Assembly: GCF_006345805.1 (NCBI RefSeq)
Contig: NC_042999.1
Span: 13,516,001 to 13,580,000, forward strand
Length of the DNA stretch: 64,000 bases
DNA from: Octopus sinensis
Lineage: Eukaryota
Direction of reading: 5' to 3'
The translations under genes were made by a program, and so were the position numbers. How positions within the stretch are numbered: position 1 is the stretch's first letter; each line of letters opens with the position of its first letter. Under the pieces are notes generated by a model. It was not told where the DNA came from and did no database searches. It saw only the letters and a program-made list of their open reading frames with translations. This document shows positions 26,720 through 40,100 of the stretch, piece by piece.

Positions 26720-26832
26720 ATTTTATATTTATATGTTATATATGTATACTGTGAAATTTGATTTAATACTAAATTGAATTTTTCCCTGCAAGTTTGGAGT
26801 TATACTCCCTAATATTATTATTATTATTATTA

Positions 26833-26863
<31 letters not shown>

Positions 26864-26989
26864 TATATATATATATATATATAATATATATATATATGTG
26901 TGTGTGCCTGATTTTATACAGTCGTGATCTTTTAAAAAGATTTAGTTGTCGCAATACTATAACTAGCATGTTTCTTTTTTATTTTTCAG

Positions 26990-27544
26990 ATTAGAGTTTT
27001 AACGAGTGGTGTTAGTGAATCGAAACATTCTGTCTCCTGGAATGATAACGTCAAAGTTGTTGAGTCTGAGAAGCGAGAAGTTACCGTGACTTCATCATCG
27101 ACAGAAAATGTATTACACGTAAAACCATCAGGTGTCAAAGAGAAAAGACGTTTGTTTAAGAAATCAAGTAGCGTTGATAATCCAGTTATGAGTTCTATTG
27201 CCAGAGTAGGCGTCCAAGCGGCACAACCTGCCGCTCCATCAATCATGAAACCATCAGATCTATTCAAAGCTATGAAGCAGAAACTCCGTCCATCTTTCAA
27301 AAAGACTTTTTCGTTTGATTCTAATCCTTTCAAACCTACTGGAGAAGGATCAACACCAACCGAATCGATACAAAGTTGGGGACCTTCTGCGTCTGCTTCT
27401 CCTGAGCAATTATCACCTGAAATTTTAGAAGAACCACCAATGTCAGCATTCCATCCAATTCAAACATCATCAGTTGATAGAGAAGAGAAAAATCGGTATG
27501 AACAGAAAAAGGAAGACAAACAGACACAGGATCAGAAAACAGTG
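26990..27544 (+). CDS. Exon J (555 nt, 0-0) IRVLTSGVSES...QDQKTV
   Basis: tttcttttttatttttcag| and GTG|gtaagg; in frame with ORF 27086..27589. Confidence 0.85.
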
Positions 27545-28366
27545 GTAAGGTTTCATAACATTATAAATTCTCAATCATTGAAGAATTAAGTTGTTTATTG
27601 TTCGTTTTAATTTTATCTTAAATCATTAATTTGATTTGCTCCTGTGCCATTGCATGCGCGCGCACGTGTGTTACCATTGAAGATGCTGCTTTAAAATTAC
27701 TTTAAGAATAACAACGGAATGTTTCCTGAGTCGATGGGTGATTCAATACTGAGAGTAAAATTTTATTTATGGTAAAGTTTGTGTTGACTGGCACTTCATG
27801 TTTCGCTTAATCTTATGCGGAGAGGGTGGAGTTCTCAAGTTAAGTTGTAGAAACTTGTCGAGATGCTTGCATTTTGTGAACAATTCCGATCTCGAATTCA
27901 ACAGGTCACAGGAGTTCTTAAATTTAAAAAAGGTATGACGTTTTTCAGCTATACAAAGCCTGCACCTCCTTGACCCATTAATATATGGCCTGAATCACTC
28001 AACACTGTTCACTTGATGGTGTGCGACGGCATTTTTGGCCTTCAGTTCTAAGATGTGACTAGTTTAATGGGGTTCTTTTGTCTGTGTCTAAACGAAGACT
28101 GACGGTTGGTTTGTCTTTACATATATACGACGGGCTTCCATACAGTTCCTATCGACTAAATTCACCCACAAGGCATAGCTCGTCAAGGATAGTGGGGGAC
28201 CTATATGAGGAGACATTTTTCCAAAGCGCTGCACATTGGGATTGAATCCGAAACCACGTGGTTGCGAGGTAAACATCTTAACCACATAACCATGTTTGCA
28301 TGTAATAAAAGTATTAATCATGCGAATTTATATCTTCATTTAATTAATTAATTTATTTATTTGCAG

Positions 28367-28549
28367 CATTCAGATGAGGAATCGGATCGATTGGGTAGAA
28401 TGGTTACTTCAAGCAGAAAAATTGCCTTCCGAAAAAATCGTTCAAAGTCAGCCGATAGCCGCCATGAAGATCGATTACGTCCTGTAGTTGTTCATGCTGA
28501 TGTGATCACCCCGATAAGAGTATGGGAATTCAATGAAACACCTGTCTGA
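28367..28549 (+). CDS. Terminal exon K, HSDEESDRLG...WEFNETPV*
   Basis: atttatttatttgcag| acceptor, phase 0, TGA stop; ends in class I PDZ-binding motif E-T-P-V. Confidence 0.82.
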   Translation, partial: HSDEESDRLGRMVTSSRKIAFRKNRSKSADSRHEDRLRPVVVHADVITPIRVWEFNETPV

Positions 28550-31123
28550 AAACACCTGAATAGCTTACATAGAGAACTCTTATTTTTAGTCGTGGAAACA
28601 TCAGGCGTGAAGATTCTGTAATGGTACCAGAAATAACGGCTATATTTCTGGCAGAACCACAACTGAATGAAAGAAGAAGAAGGGTAAAACAAACAAATTT
28701 TTAAAATGCCCGATTGAATTAACATCCTCTTAAAGAAAGAGAGAAGAAAGAGAGGGTGTAGGAAATTAAAATGAAATTCCACGTAGGAATTAGCCAGTGG
28801 AGAATATTAAAGTCATCATTAGTTTTATACTAATTCTCATACATTATGATCGAATTAAAATCTCACATGTTCCCATCCCAAGCGTAGAATATTTGTCAGC
28901 CATGTATGTTGTTGGTGTTTGAAGATTTGGTTATTTTTCTCATTAGGAGTTTGCTGGTGTTTATTTTGTGTCGGTTGTGAAGTTATATGTTGTTTATTTA
29001 TAATAGGAGTCATAACGTTTGGTTAATCTGTTTCAAAGTGTTTGAATTTGAATGTTTTGTAAAAATTATAGACGAAATATTCAAACGAATCTTCATAAAT
29101 ATATTTTTCATTCAAAGACAGAAGATAGGTAAACAATCACAACGATAATTTAGTGGCAAATAAATGTATTTTAAAGACAGTTTTTGTGCGCTATAGGAAA
29201 TTCTTTATGTTTCACTAATTCGTCCCGACAGTTATTAACGTAAACATTCTTAGTTTTATGCTATCTTAAATTAACTTCAGCCATATATTTACACACATTC
29301 ATACACGCACGCATACACACATACACTCCACACGTACACACTCATGCGATCGATGCGTGTGTATGTTAATTTCTTTTTATATATATATATATAACTGAAC
29401 CATCATTCCATTAATATATAGTTGTATTTCCAGAACGAAGAGAATAAAGAAACAAGAATATATTAAGAGAAAAAAAAATAATGAATATAAGAAGAAAGAT
29501 ATATTTTACAATAACTACAGCTATAATACACATACACACCCTCACCAAAAGATCTTAACTCCGCGAAAGCCATTGTTTTAAAATCAGAGAGCGTCTTCTT
29601 GACAATTCGTCCATTCCAAGACAAACATGTCAGTGTCTTTATTTATTTATTTATTTATTTATTTATTCTTTAAACTCGTCCACGTCAAAACTATTGACCT
29701 TTCGAAGCTCACACAAAGAAAGGAATGAATCGGGTTACGACTTTCGTTTGAAAGCTCTCTAGAAATTCGTACATACACTGGGAAATAAAAAGCATTTTGG
29801 AAAGAAGCCTGCCGAACACATGTCAGTCTAACCCATCAAACCTACTGAAAAAATATTTCATAAAACTCGCATTATATTATCACATTTTCTTTTTAAAATT
29901 ACTTTTTTAATTAAATTCTACAAAATGATTTTAATTCAATGGCTAAAAACAATCAACATTTTCGCGTTCGCGTTTGATTGTTGATCATCGATCTTTTTAC
30001 CATCCCAGGTTAAGATTTTAGAATTATTCCATAGTGATTCGATCACTCTAACTATTATTATCGATACTCTAATCATCCTCACTGTCACACTCTCAATATT
30101 ATCGCCAATATTATCAACATTATTTTCGTCAACATCTGTAACATTCTTATCGCATATACACCATACAGAAACGGGACGTTAGCTAGATTGTTGACCAATC
30201 TCCTTTCTACGAAATTTATCCTTCGGGAAGAGGGAAGAGCATATTTAACAGAAAGAATTAACACTAATTGAATTAAGACAATAATAATAATAATTAATAA
30301 TTAATAATTTAAATATCAGTAAATAGGAATAGAAGCAAAAAAAAATTAATACCGACATTTTTATATGAAGATCTTTAAAAAAAATGCATTATTCTGTATT
30401 TTAAGACTATTTTCTATTCATGTCTGGGATGATAGAAACAGAATAGGACAACCAATCAAGAAGTGAAACCGAGATCTTTCTGTTGGTGTCACATATAACA
30501 CTACGCGCTCTTTTTGTGCGTGGTGGGCATGGTATCGTTACAAAAATAAGGTATATACATCGTTAATCTTAGTTTAAGAGATAAGAATGTAAGATTGACA
30601 TAGAGTTTTTTTTTAATATAATGGAATGGATGCAACGACCATTTTTCTTGGGATTGGTCGCTCAAACACACACACATATATTTCTTTTTATATATGTGTG
30701 TGTATATGCAAATATATATGTATGTATGTATGTATGTTTGTGTATTTATGGATAAATATATGGGGTAATGGGTGACTGTATATACGCATGTATGTATGTA
30801 TGTATGTATGTATGTATGTATGTATGTATGTATGTATGTATGTATGTATGTATAGAAATCTCGACCAGTGTTGGCAAGTTAGTCTTCGACATATCGTTAT
30901 CATTTCTATCAATATTTTTTAAACGCTCGCATTATAAATCCGATCTGAAAATTCAATATTTATATTTTTTTATTCAATACTATTTATCTATCGATTTTTT
31001 ACATCCATTATTGTACCATAATTTAAAAGAGATAACAGTCGTAAGCAGACATGGGAACATGGAGATTATTAGTTTCCGTAAATTATACAAATGCAACCTA
31101 TATATATATTGTGTGTGTGTATA

Positions 31124-31173
<50 letters not shown>

Positions 31174-32018
31174 TATACGGCATAATGCAGGATAAAGGAA
31201 GGGAAGGGGAAAGGGGGAAAAGTGAGAGATAGAAAGTAAGAGAATACAGATATAAATTGTGTAAGATTATAGAAAACGACTCTCTTTCTCTCATTCTGTG
31301 CGTTTTCCTGTTTCATTCTTGAATGAATAAAAATCGAAATGAATAAAAATCGAAATCATACGTGTGCTAAGGGAAGTAACTCACACGAAATATATCGTCT
31401 TCAGTACAATCCAGCCAGATGGTATGCAATATATAGACATAATCAGTCGATCACAATTGATTAACAACAATGATAATTTGATTTTAAAATGGATGGAATG
31501 CCATTATCGAAATATATTTAAATATTTCAGATAATTTTTTTTGCAGAAAAATCTTAAAACTTTTTTTAAAAACCAGGAAACAACCATTTTTGTAGAAGTG
31601 GTTTTTGTGATGAAAAAATAATTGTTGAAATGGAGAAGTAATCCTTAACATGAAAAAACAAACAAAAAATAATGATGGTGATAGTAATTAATTAATTAAT
31701 TAATTAATTAATTATAGTGATTAATTAATGATAGTTTAATTAAATGACAACACGTTACGACGACTGGCAATGAAATTATTCGTTTTTGTAGATTCTGAAG
31801 AAATACGTAAAAAAAAATAATAATAAAATTAATAACTCAATGATAAGAACACGATTTCAATATAACATACATACATACATACATACGTCACGCTAATGAT
31901 GGAGAGAAATATCTCCAGCCTCGAACGAAGAAATAGAAGAAAACTCTCTTGTATATATTGAGGACGTTTTCTCTCGTTTATACACCCATTCATATGTATG
32001 TTATATATAATATATATT

Positions 32019-32102
<84 letters not shown>

Positions 32103-33225
32103 AGACTTCGGTGGAAGTCAACCAACAGATGATGATTTTTCTCCAGAATGAGGAAATAAAATGAATTTACATTTTTGGAAGTCTTCAGCGCATAACGACG
32201 ACTACAACAATAACAACAACAACAACAACAGCAACGATATCAAAATTTAATTTAATTTAAAGAAAAGAAAAGACTAGAAAAAACAGAAAGATAGAAAAGA
32301 GAACTCAAAAGACAAAAAGAATTTGAAAAAAAAATAGACAAACAAACCAAAAAAATCAGAAGTCTGTATTTGCATATATCCTAATTGAAATTACTAACTT
32401 CGAACATTATGAAGTAATAGTAGATATTTTCCCTAGATGTATGCATTTATTAATTAATTAATTTATTTATTTAAATATTTATTTATTTATATGTGTATTT
32501 TTTTTTTATTGAATTGGTTGAGTGTGCTTTGTTCACTTGCAGTGACACTTCTTGTCTGAATCGCTTTTAAAACTTCAAAATAATAATAACAATAATAATT
32601 ATAATAATTATAATGATAATAATAATGATGATGATGAAAATAATAAAACAGTTAATTTAACAAAAAAAAATTAAGAGATTAATAATGGCATTTTCTTGTC
32701 ATTGATGAGAGATGACATTCAACTGTTTCTTTGGAGAAAAAATTAATTACAACAACAACATCAACAACAATTACAACAATAATGATATTAACAACAATAC
32801 GCAAAATCGTTTGTGTGTGTGTATGTGTGTATTACACACGGAAACACACACACAAACAGTTCGTATGATATATAAAGAACTTTATATGTCTTGGTGGTGT
32901 TTCAGACTACTGCTGTTAATTTTGATGAAGAAGATGATGATGATAACTATGATGATCTTGGTATTGTTTCTTTCTTTTTTATGTATTTATTTAATTATTT
33001 ATTTGTCTATGTATTTATTTATTTATTGATATATTTATTGTATTTATTTAAATAAACAGAAGGGAAACAAACAAAAGAAATGGCAATGATAAAGTGTGTT
33101 TTGTTTTTGATGGATCGAGTAAAGAGCAAAACAGAGTTTATGAGTTCAGTTCTATATTTAAGAGATGAGGAATTTTGTACATTGTTTACATTTGACGGAT
33201 ATTTGTCCTCATCTTGTTTGTTGTT

Positions 33226-33271
33226 AACACAACGTTTCGGCTGATATACCCTCCAGCCTTCTTCAGGTGTC
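33226..33271 (-). ncRNA. Consensus-complete minimal type I hammerhead
   Basis: GACAC-CUGAAGA-A-GGCUG(10-nt loop)CAGCC-GAAA-C-GUU|GUGUU. Confidence 0.8.
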
Positions 33272-33318
33272 TTGGGGAAATTCCGAACCTGGGTTCTCAT
33301 TCCTAAGGTATTTTTCGA

Positions 33319-33365
<47 letters not shown>

Positions 33366-33533
33366 TATTATTATATTATTATTATTATTATTGTTCAGGT
33401 TACTGCTTGGAATCGAACTTAACCACTACACCATATGCCCACGGGCATATGGCGTACTGGTTAAAAGCGCGGACTACTAACCTCAAGATTCCGAGTTCGA
33501 TACCAAGCAGTGACCTGAACGATAATAATAATA

Positions 33534-33577
<44 letters not shown>

Positions 33578-33581
33578 GTAA

Positions 33582-33623
<42 letters not shown>

Positions 33624-33693
33624 CAACAACAACAGTAATAATAACATCGAAAAATACCTTAGGAATGAGAACCCAGGTTCGAGATTTCTCCAA

Positions 33694-33739
33694 AACACCT
33701 GAAGAAGGCTGGAGGGTATATCAGCCGAAATGTTGTGTT
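33694..33739 (+). ncRNA. Same hammerhead on opposite arm, C15.2U
   Basis: AACAC-CUGAAGA-A-GGCUG...CAGCC-GAAA-U-GUU|GUGUU. Confidence 0.65.
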
Positions 33740-34122
33740 AACAACAAATAAGATGAGGACAAATATCCGTCGAATGTAAATAGAGTTTATGAGCTTCTCG
33801 CCATTGCATATTCAGTCACATCTGTGACCTGCATTTTATACCTGGTTTCATGTGACTATTTCCACTTCGTTTACATCGTAAATATCTTTCGTAAAAGCTT
33901 AAACGCCAAGCAGCTGTGTTTTCATTTCATTTTCCTTTTTAGATTGTCCTCTCAAATAATTTGATATCAGTTTTAATTATCCAATCAAATTGCATCAAAT
34001 TAAATTAAATTAAATCAACGAGCATCATTAATTTAGCTGTCCATTGAATCCGATAATAACTAGCTTCATGTGTGAATATTTTCATGACCTTAGACTGTAC
34101 ACTCCAAATCTTTGATGCGTCC

Positions 34123-34479
34123 CAACGGTTCTCAACCGGGGTCCATGTGGAGTCTGGAGGTTCATATAAGATTTTGGGGACGTCCACGCTAGCAAAATAG
34201 TAAACTGGAAATCCACAATAGTGTTTTAGTGCTCCATGAAAAAGTTTTGAATTTCTTGTATTTATTGCAAGAAACAACATCATGTTTCTTTCTCTGACGT
34301 TTTACGCAGTTCAACCTAAACAAGTGAATGAGTGAATAGCAAAATAGCAATTTTGAAAGAAATATCTACAAAAACTAGCTTTCAAACATTGAAATGGCAA
34401 CTAAGCACTCACCAGAATAAAATAGTAATCAAAGAGTCAAAGGGGTCCAGAGATAAAAAGGAATTGTCGACAACCACTG
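34123..34479. mobile_element. hAT (Charlie-like) MITE
   Basis: Ends CAACGGTTCTCAACC ... ACAACCACTG match the CAGTGGTTCTCAAC hAT terminus pattern. Confidence 0.6.
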
Positions 34480-35403
34480 CTCTACATCATCGGTGACTCT
34501 GCGTACATTTTATATATATATATAAAATACAAAATATACAGTTATATCTTGAGATTGCTAGTAATAACAATAATAAAATTAAAATAAATGCGCTCTTTTA
34601 AAGCCTAGCCAGGCTCATGTGCCCGGTTTCCCGGTTTCAATGGCGTATGTGTTCCCCCAGCTGGACGGGACGCCAGTCCATCGCAGTGTTACTCATTTTT
34701 GCCAGCTGAGTGAACTGGGGCAACGTGAAATGAAGTGTTTTGCTCAAGAACACAACGCATCGCCCGGTCCAGGAATAGAAAACCACAATCTTACGATCTT
34801 GACTCTGACACCTTAACAACTAAGCCACGCACCTCCACAGTAATAACGATACTCAAAATATAATACAGACTAGAGTTGTAGTGCTCCAAATGAGCTATGT
34901 TCCACTTCCTTATTTGAGCAGAGGCAATACGAGCAATAACAAAAAGAACATTACTAAAATCCACACACAACGATCAAATACATATATATATTCATATATT
35001 CATTTATATCTACAAAACGGATATAAAATTCGACATATATAAATATAATAATATATATAAATAGAGGAAAATAATATAATATGTATAAATATATAAGAAT
35101 CAGTGTTACATACAAAACACAGTGGATTTACGCTTAATGTTATAAAACATTGGTATAATAAAAATTTAGGATGATAAAACATAAAAAGGACATGTAAAAT
35201 GACGTATTAAAATTCCAGAAAAAGATACAGAAAAAAACAAAATTACAACAATTACAAATTTTTCATCTACGGGCCAATTAATATGATACGGGCCAATTAA
35301 TATGATACGGGTCAATTAATATGATACATTTCATATATTCGAAACTGACACTCCCCTCATCAGGATGTATTTTACACACAATACACAGTACATAGAAACA
35401 AAT

Positions 35404-35434
<31 letters not shown>

Positions 35435-35873
35435 CGCGCGTGTGTGTGTCTGTGTTTGTCCCCCCAACATCGCTTGACAACCATTGCTGGTGTGTTTACG
35501 TCCCCGTAACTTAGCGGTTCGGGAAAATAGACCGATAGAATAAGTTCTAGGCTTAAAAAGAATAAGTCCTGGGGTCGATTTGCTCGACTAAAGGTGGTGC
35601 TCCAGTATGGCAGCAGTCAAATGACTGAAACAAGTAAAAGAGTAAAGAGTAAAGAGTAAAGAGTAAACAGAAGATACATTTGACAATTTAGTCTTACTAT
35701 TCAATCATACGTACCAGTCATTATCCGATCGCCTTTGATGACAGATACAACGGATCAGAACCGATTTGGGGCTAAGCAGCAATATATATGATCCCTTATT
35801 CAGAAATCTACCAGTTTACCAATGTATACCAGAATCTCCCAAAACTAGACACCAATATCTAAGCACTCTCCAA

Positions 35874-35929
35874 GCCTAATTAGGTTGCCTAATTAGGTTG
35901 CCTAATTAGGTTGCCTAATTAGGTTGCCT
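35874..35929. repeat. 13-bp minisatellite (cctaattaggttg) about x4 containing a 10-bp palindrome; 19-bp x3 repeat at about 35268-35326
   Basis: Direct. Confidence 0.9.
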
Positions 35930-36050
35930 ACGAAGAAAATCAAAGAAAAGCAAATTAAGCCGATGGCCACAGACTAGAATCTACAAATACTTTGCACTTT
36001 ACGAAATATATATATTTAATTTTATTTGGAACACTATATATTACTAACAT

Positions 36051-36363
36051 GTGGAGGCGCAATGGCCTAGTGGTTAGGGCAGCGGACTCGCGGTCGTAGG
36101 ATCGCGGTTTCGATTCCCAGACCGGGCGTTGTGAGTGTTTATTGAGCGAAAACACCTAAAGCTCCACGAGGCTCCGGCAGGGGTTGGTGACGATCCCTGC
36201 TGTACTCTTTCGCCACAACTTTCTCTCACTCTTTCTTCTGTTGACCTGCTCGCTTAGCCAGCGGGGTGGGGTCATTTGAAGGCTAAAACAATGCGAAGCG
36301 CATTGTGACCAGCGATGTGTAACAACATTTGATAGCCTGGTCGGTCACGGTGATCACGGTGAT
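36051..36363 (+). mobile_element. SINE family D (head gtggaggcgcaatggcctagtggttagggcagcggactcgcgg); also about 42216 (+), 8462..8800, 16010..16303, 56288..56575, 56950..57202 (-)
   Basis: A/B boxes, shared gtgtttattgagcgaaaacacctaaagctcc core, variable tails. Confidence 0.8.
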
Positions 36364-36621
36364 ATTACTAACATAGTTTTTGTAAATTTTCGTATATATA
36401 TTTTTTTAAAATTTTTATTCCTTACTTTATTCGTGCTACTTTTATTTCTGTAACTTTTTATTTTTATTTGAATTTTTATCTGAATTATGGCTTGTACTGT
36501 AGAGTCCTGCGAGACTAATTTAAACATACCTAATATAAACATACCTATTTTACACATACTTAAGGGTTTAAAAAAATTAAAATATAGTTTATTGTATCGA
36601 ACGTTGATAAAGTTATATGAG

Positions 36622-36716
36622 GGCCTGATGATTGGGGTGGCAACTTGAGAGGGGTTCCAGGGAAACAAGGTGTGGTTTAGGAACCCGAGGATGTACCTCA
36701 TGAAACACCTGTTGCC
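36622..36716 (+). ncRNA. Candidate hammerhead with large branched stem II
   Basis: GGC-CUGAUGA-U-UGGGG...CCUCA-U-GAAA-CACCU-GUU|GCC; internal GGGUUCC/GGAACCC helix; competing pairing UGGCAAC/GUUGCCA. Confidence 0.4.
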
Positions 36717-36900
36717 AAGTAATTATACAGTAGGTATTTAAAATAAAAATAAGAATTCTTTTTTATTTGATGATATATAGGGGCCTACTATCTCTAAATT
36801 AAAATATATTTCGTCATTGAGAATAATTTGAACCCCTGTTTGTTGTACCGGAATTTTTTCCCTAAATATAATATTTAAAATATATATATATATATATATA

Positions 36901-36949
<49 letters not shown>

Positions 36950-37098
36950 ATATATATGTATATATACATCTATATATATATATACATCTATATATATATG
37001 TATATGTATATGTATATATATATATACATATACATATAGATATGTATATATATATACATATACAAAATATATGTGTGTGTGGTGTGTGTGTGTGTATG

Positions 37099-37139
<41 letters not shown>

Positions 37140-37140
<1 letters not shown>

Positions 37141-40100
37141 AATATTAGGGAATAAATCCAAATTTACAAGGAAAAAAAAATCAGTTAGGATTAAATCGAT
37201 TTTATATTAAAATATTATAAAATATTATTCGAGACAAAACCACTATTTTGCAAAACAAACAAGGAAAGACTTAATAATACATAAAATAAAATTTTAATAA
37301 TAGTCAAAAAAACCGCCACTACAATCGTTTCTTGTCTTGATCGACATCTTCAGGTGGACTTCCAATCTAAAAAATCAATATTTTAAAATATAAAAATAAT
37401 AATTTTAAAATAATTAAAGTATGAATGAAAAAATATAAGTATATAATCCATATATAACCTATCTATAATCCATATATAAACAATATATAAACAATATATA
37501 AACTAAAAAAACCTATCAACAATTAAATATAAAATATAAAATATAAAATATAAAATATAAAATATAAAATATAAAACAAAACAAAAAAAAAAAATAATAA
37601 TAATATAATAATAAACTATATATACACCCATACGCATATACCTAATTATATATAACCATATCTAACTACATACACTAAATCACACACCTATATATATATC
37701 TCTATACATACACATAAAAATGTCTAGGCAACTATAAATAAATAAAATAGCTAAATACTTCAACACAATACTTATTCATACTCCCACACACACACACATA
37801 TACAACCCACATTCACGCTCTAGAAAACGGACATCACTCAAAACTATGAACGGAGAAATGGAATAAATGGAATTAAAATTATATTCACTTGGTAAAACGA
37901 ACACTACTTAAAAATTATGAATGAAACAATGCAATAAAACAACAGACATCGCAAATAGACACAAATTACTACAAATTCCTTATCAAACCTACATGATAAC
38001 CAAAACTCATAAAAACATATAATGATAAAATCTCCCTTTACTAAACTCTATAACAAACCTATATAGCAATCCCCCTAACCTAAACATTCACACACAAATA
38101 CACACACGTAAACCACACACCCACGACATATACACAATACCCACACCACTTACACATACCAATACATACATATAAACCTCAACATATACTCCAAAAACCC
38201 ACTCAACCCCACACAGACAAATAAACACAAAAATTATGAATAGATTCTTTTATAAAACTACCATGATAAGCTAAAACTCACAAAACAGAAATGATAAAAC
38301 TCCCTTTACTAAACACTAAAACATACTTATATAGCAATCCTTTAACCTATACATTCACACACAAAACACTCGTAAACCACACCCCCCCATAACAATACAA
38401 ACTCCCACCCACACACCACACACCCAGAAGTACATATAAGCCTCAACATATACACCCAAACAAAATTACTTTACCAAGGAACTTAACATATATATAAAAA
38501 GTATAACCGCTCTGGAAACGAACATCTCTAAATTAATGAATGGAGAAATGGAATAAATGGAATTAAAAATAAAATTCAGTGGCAAAACGAACACCACTCA
38601 AAAATTATGAATGAAACAATGTAATAAAACAACCAACATCGACATCGAAAATAGACAAATTACCACGAATTCCCTAAAAAAAAACCATGATAACCAAAAC
38701 TCCTAAAAACATATAACGATAAATCTCCCTTTGCTAAACTCTATAACAAACCTATATAGCAATCTCCCTAACCTAAACATTCACACACATATACACACTC
38801 GTAAACAGACCCACGACTTATACACATACCTATACTAACTTATAAACCTCAATATACACCAAAACCCACTCCCTCCCCACACAGACAAATTAACACATAC
38901 ATCCCAAAACCTAAATAACAAACCCATATACACATTCACACACAAACACACACACACGCAAAAACACACACACACATCAGATACATATACACCCTCACAT
39001 ATACGCATATAAATACTCACTAAACTCGATATATACAACAATATTTACACACTCACACTCATACAGATAAATAAATTAAACAACTAAAAAACTCGCACAC
39101 AAATCTCATATACATAAACACACCTATGAAAACAACATAAATACATCGTAATTAACCAGAATATCAAAAATAACAATATGACATAAGGATAAATAAAATA
39201 CATACTTACAATTCAGTGTCAAATTATGAAGTGAAATTAATCTTAGCCGTTAAAAAATCAAAACAAAATTACGTTACCATAGAAATAACTTATGTAAAAA
39301 AGAATACGCGCCATGGAAAGTAAACGTCATTTAAATTATGAATGGAGAAATAGGAAAATGGAACTAAAAACTATATCCACGTGGCAAACCATCACTACTT
39401 AAAAAAATTTATTATGAATGGATTCTTTAAAAACTACCATGAAAATCATTATATACATCTATGAACTTTAGCTCACCTTAGCATCTCTAACAAAACAACT
39501 TGCAGTAACCCAAACCCATTCTCTATGCCTACCTCACTACTACACTATTCCATTCACAATTCCAAGCAACGCTAGTCCACCACCCGGTTTTTCACGTGGC
39601 AAAACGAACACCACTCAAAAATTATGAATGAAACAATGTAATAAAACAACCAACATCGAAAATAGACAAATTACCACGAATTCCCTAAAATAACCATGAT
39701 AAACCAAAACTCATAAAAGAAATAACGATAAAATCTGCCTTTACTAAACTCTATAACAAACCTATATAGTAACCCCCTAAACCTAAACATTCACACACAA
39801 ATACACACTCGTAAACCACAGACCCACAACTTATACACATACCTATCCTAATTTATAAACCTCAATATACACCAAAACCCACTCCCTCCCCACACAGACA
39901 AATTAACACAAACATCCCAAAACCTAAATAACAAACCCATATACACATTCACACACAAATACACACACACACAAAAAACACACACACAACAGATACATAT
40001 ACTCCCTCACATATACTCATATATATACTCACTAAACTCGATATATACAACAATATTTACACACCCACACTCATACAGATAATAAAATATACAACTAAAA

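Larger units (their letters stand above)
33155..33782. mobile_element. Palindromic head-to-head dimer of a tRNA-headed, HHR-tailed short element
   Basis: Centre CCATATGCCC-ac-GGGCATATGG at 33431..33452; each arm is A-box/B-box head, (AAT)n, HHR, tail. Confidence 0.75.

Noticed and set aside
31885-31990. Hammerhead remnant (CUAAUGA UGGAGA/UCUCCA) with PLE-like tail
   Set aside because: G5 and GAAA missing; no stem I or stem III
33443-33520. tRNA gene
   Set aside because: A/B boxes present but the acceptor stem does not close and it continues into a repeat body; SINE-type head. The same applies to the heads of families A-D.
35325-35372. Hammerhead on minus (CUGAUGA GGGGA...UUUC GAA UAUAU)
   Set aside because: GAAA and the cleavage triplet are broken and stem II is weak; at best a fossil
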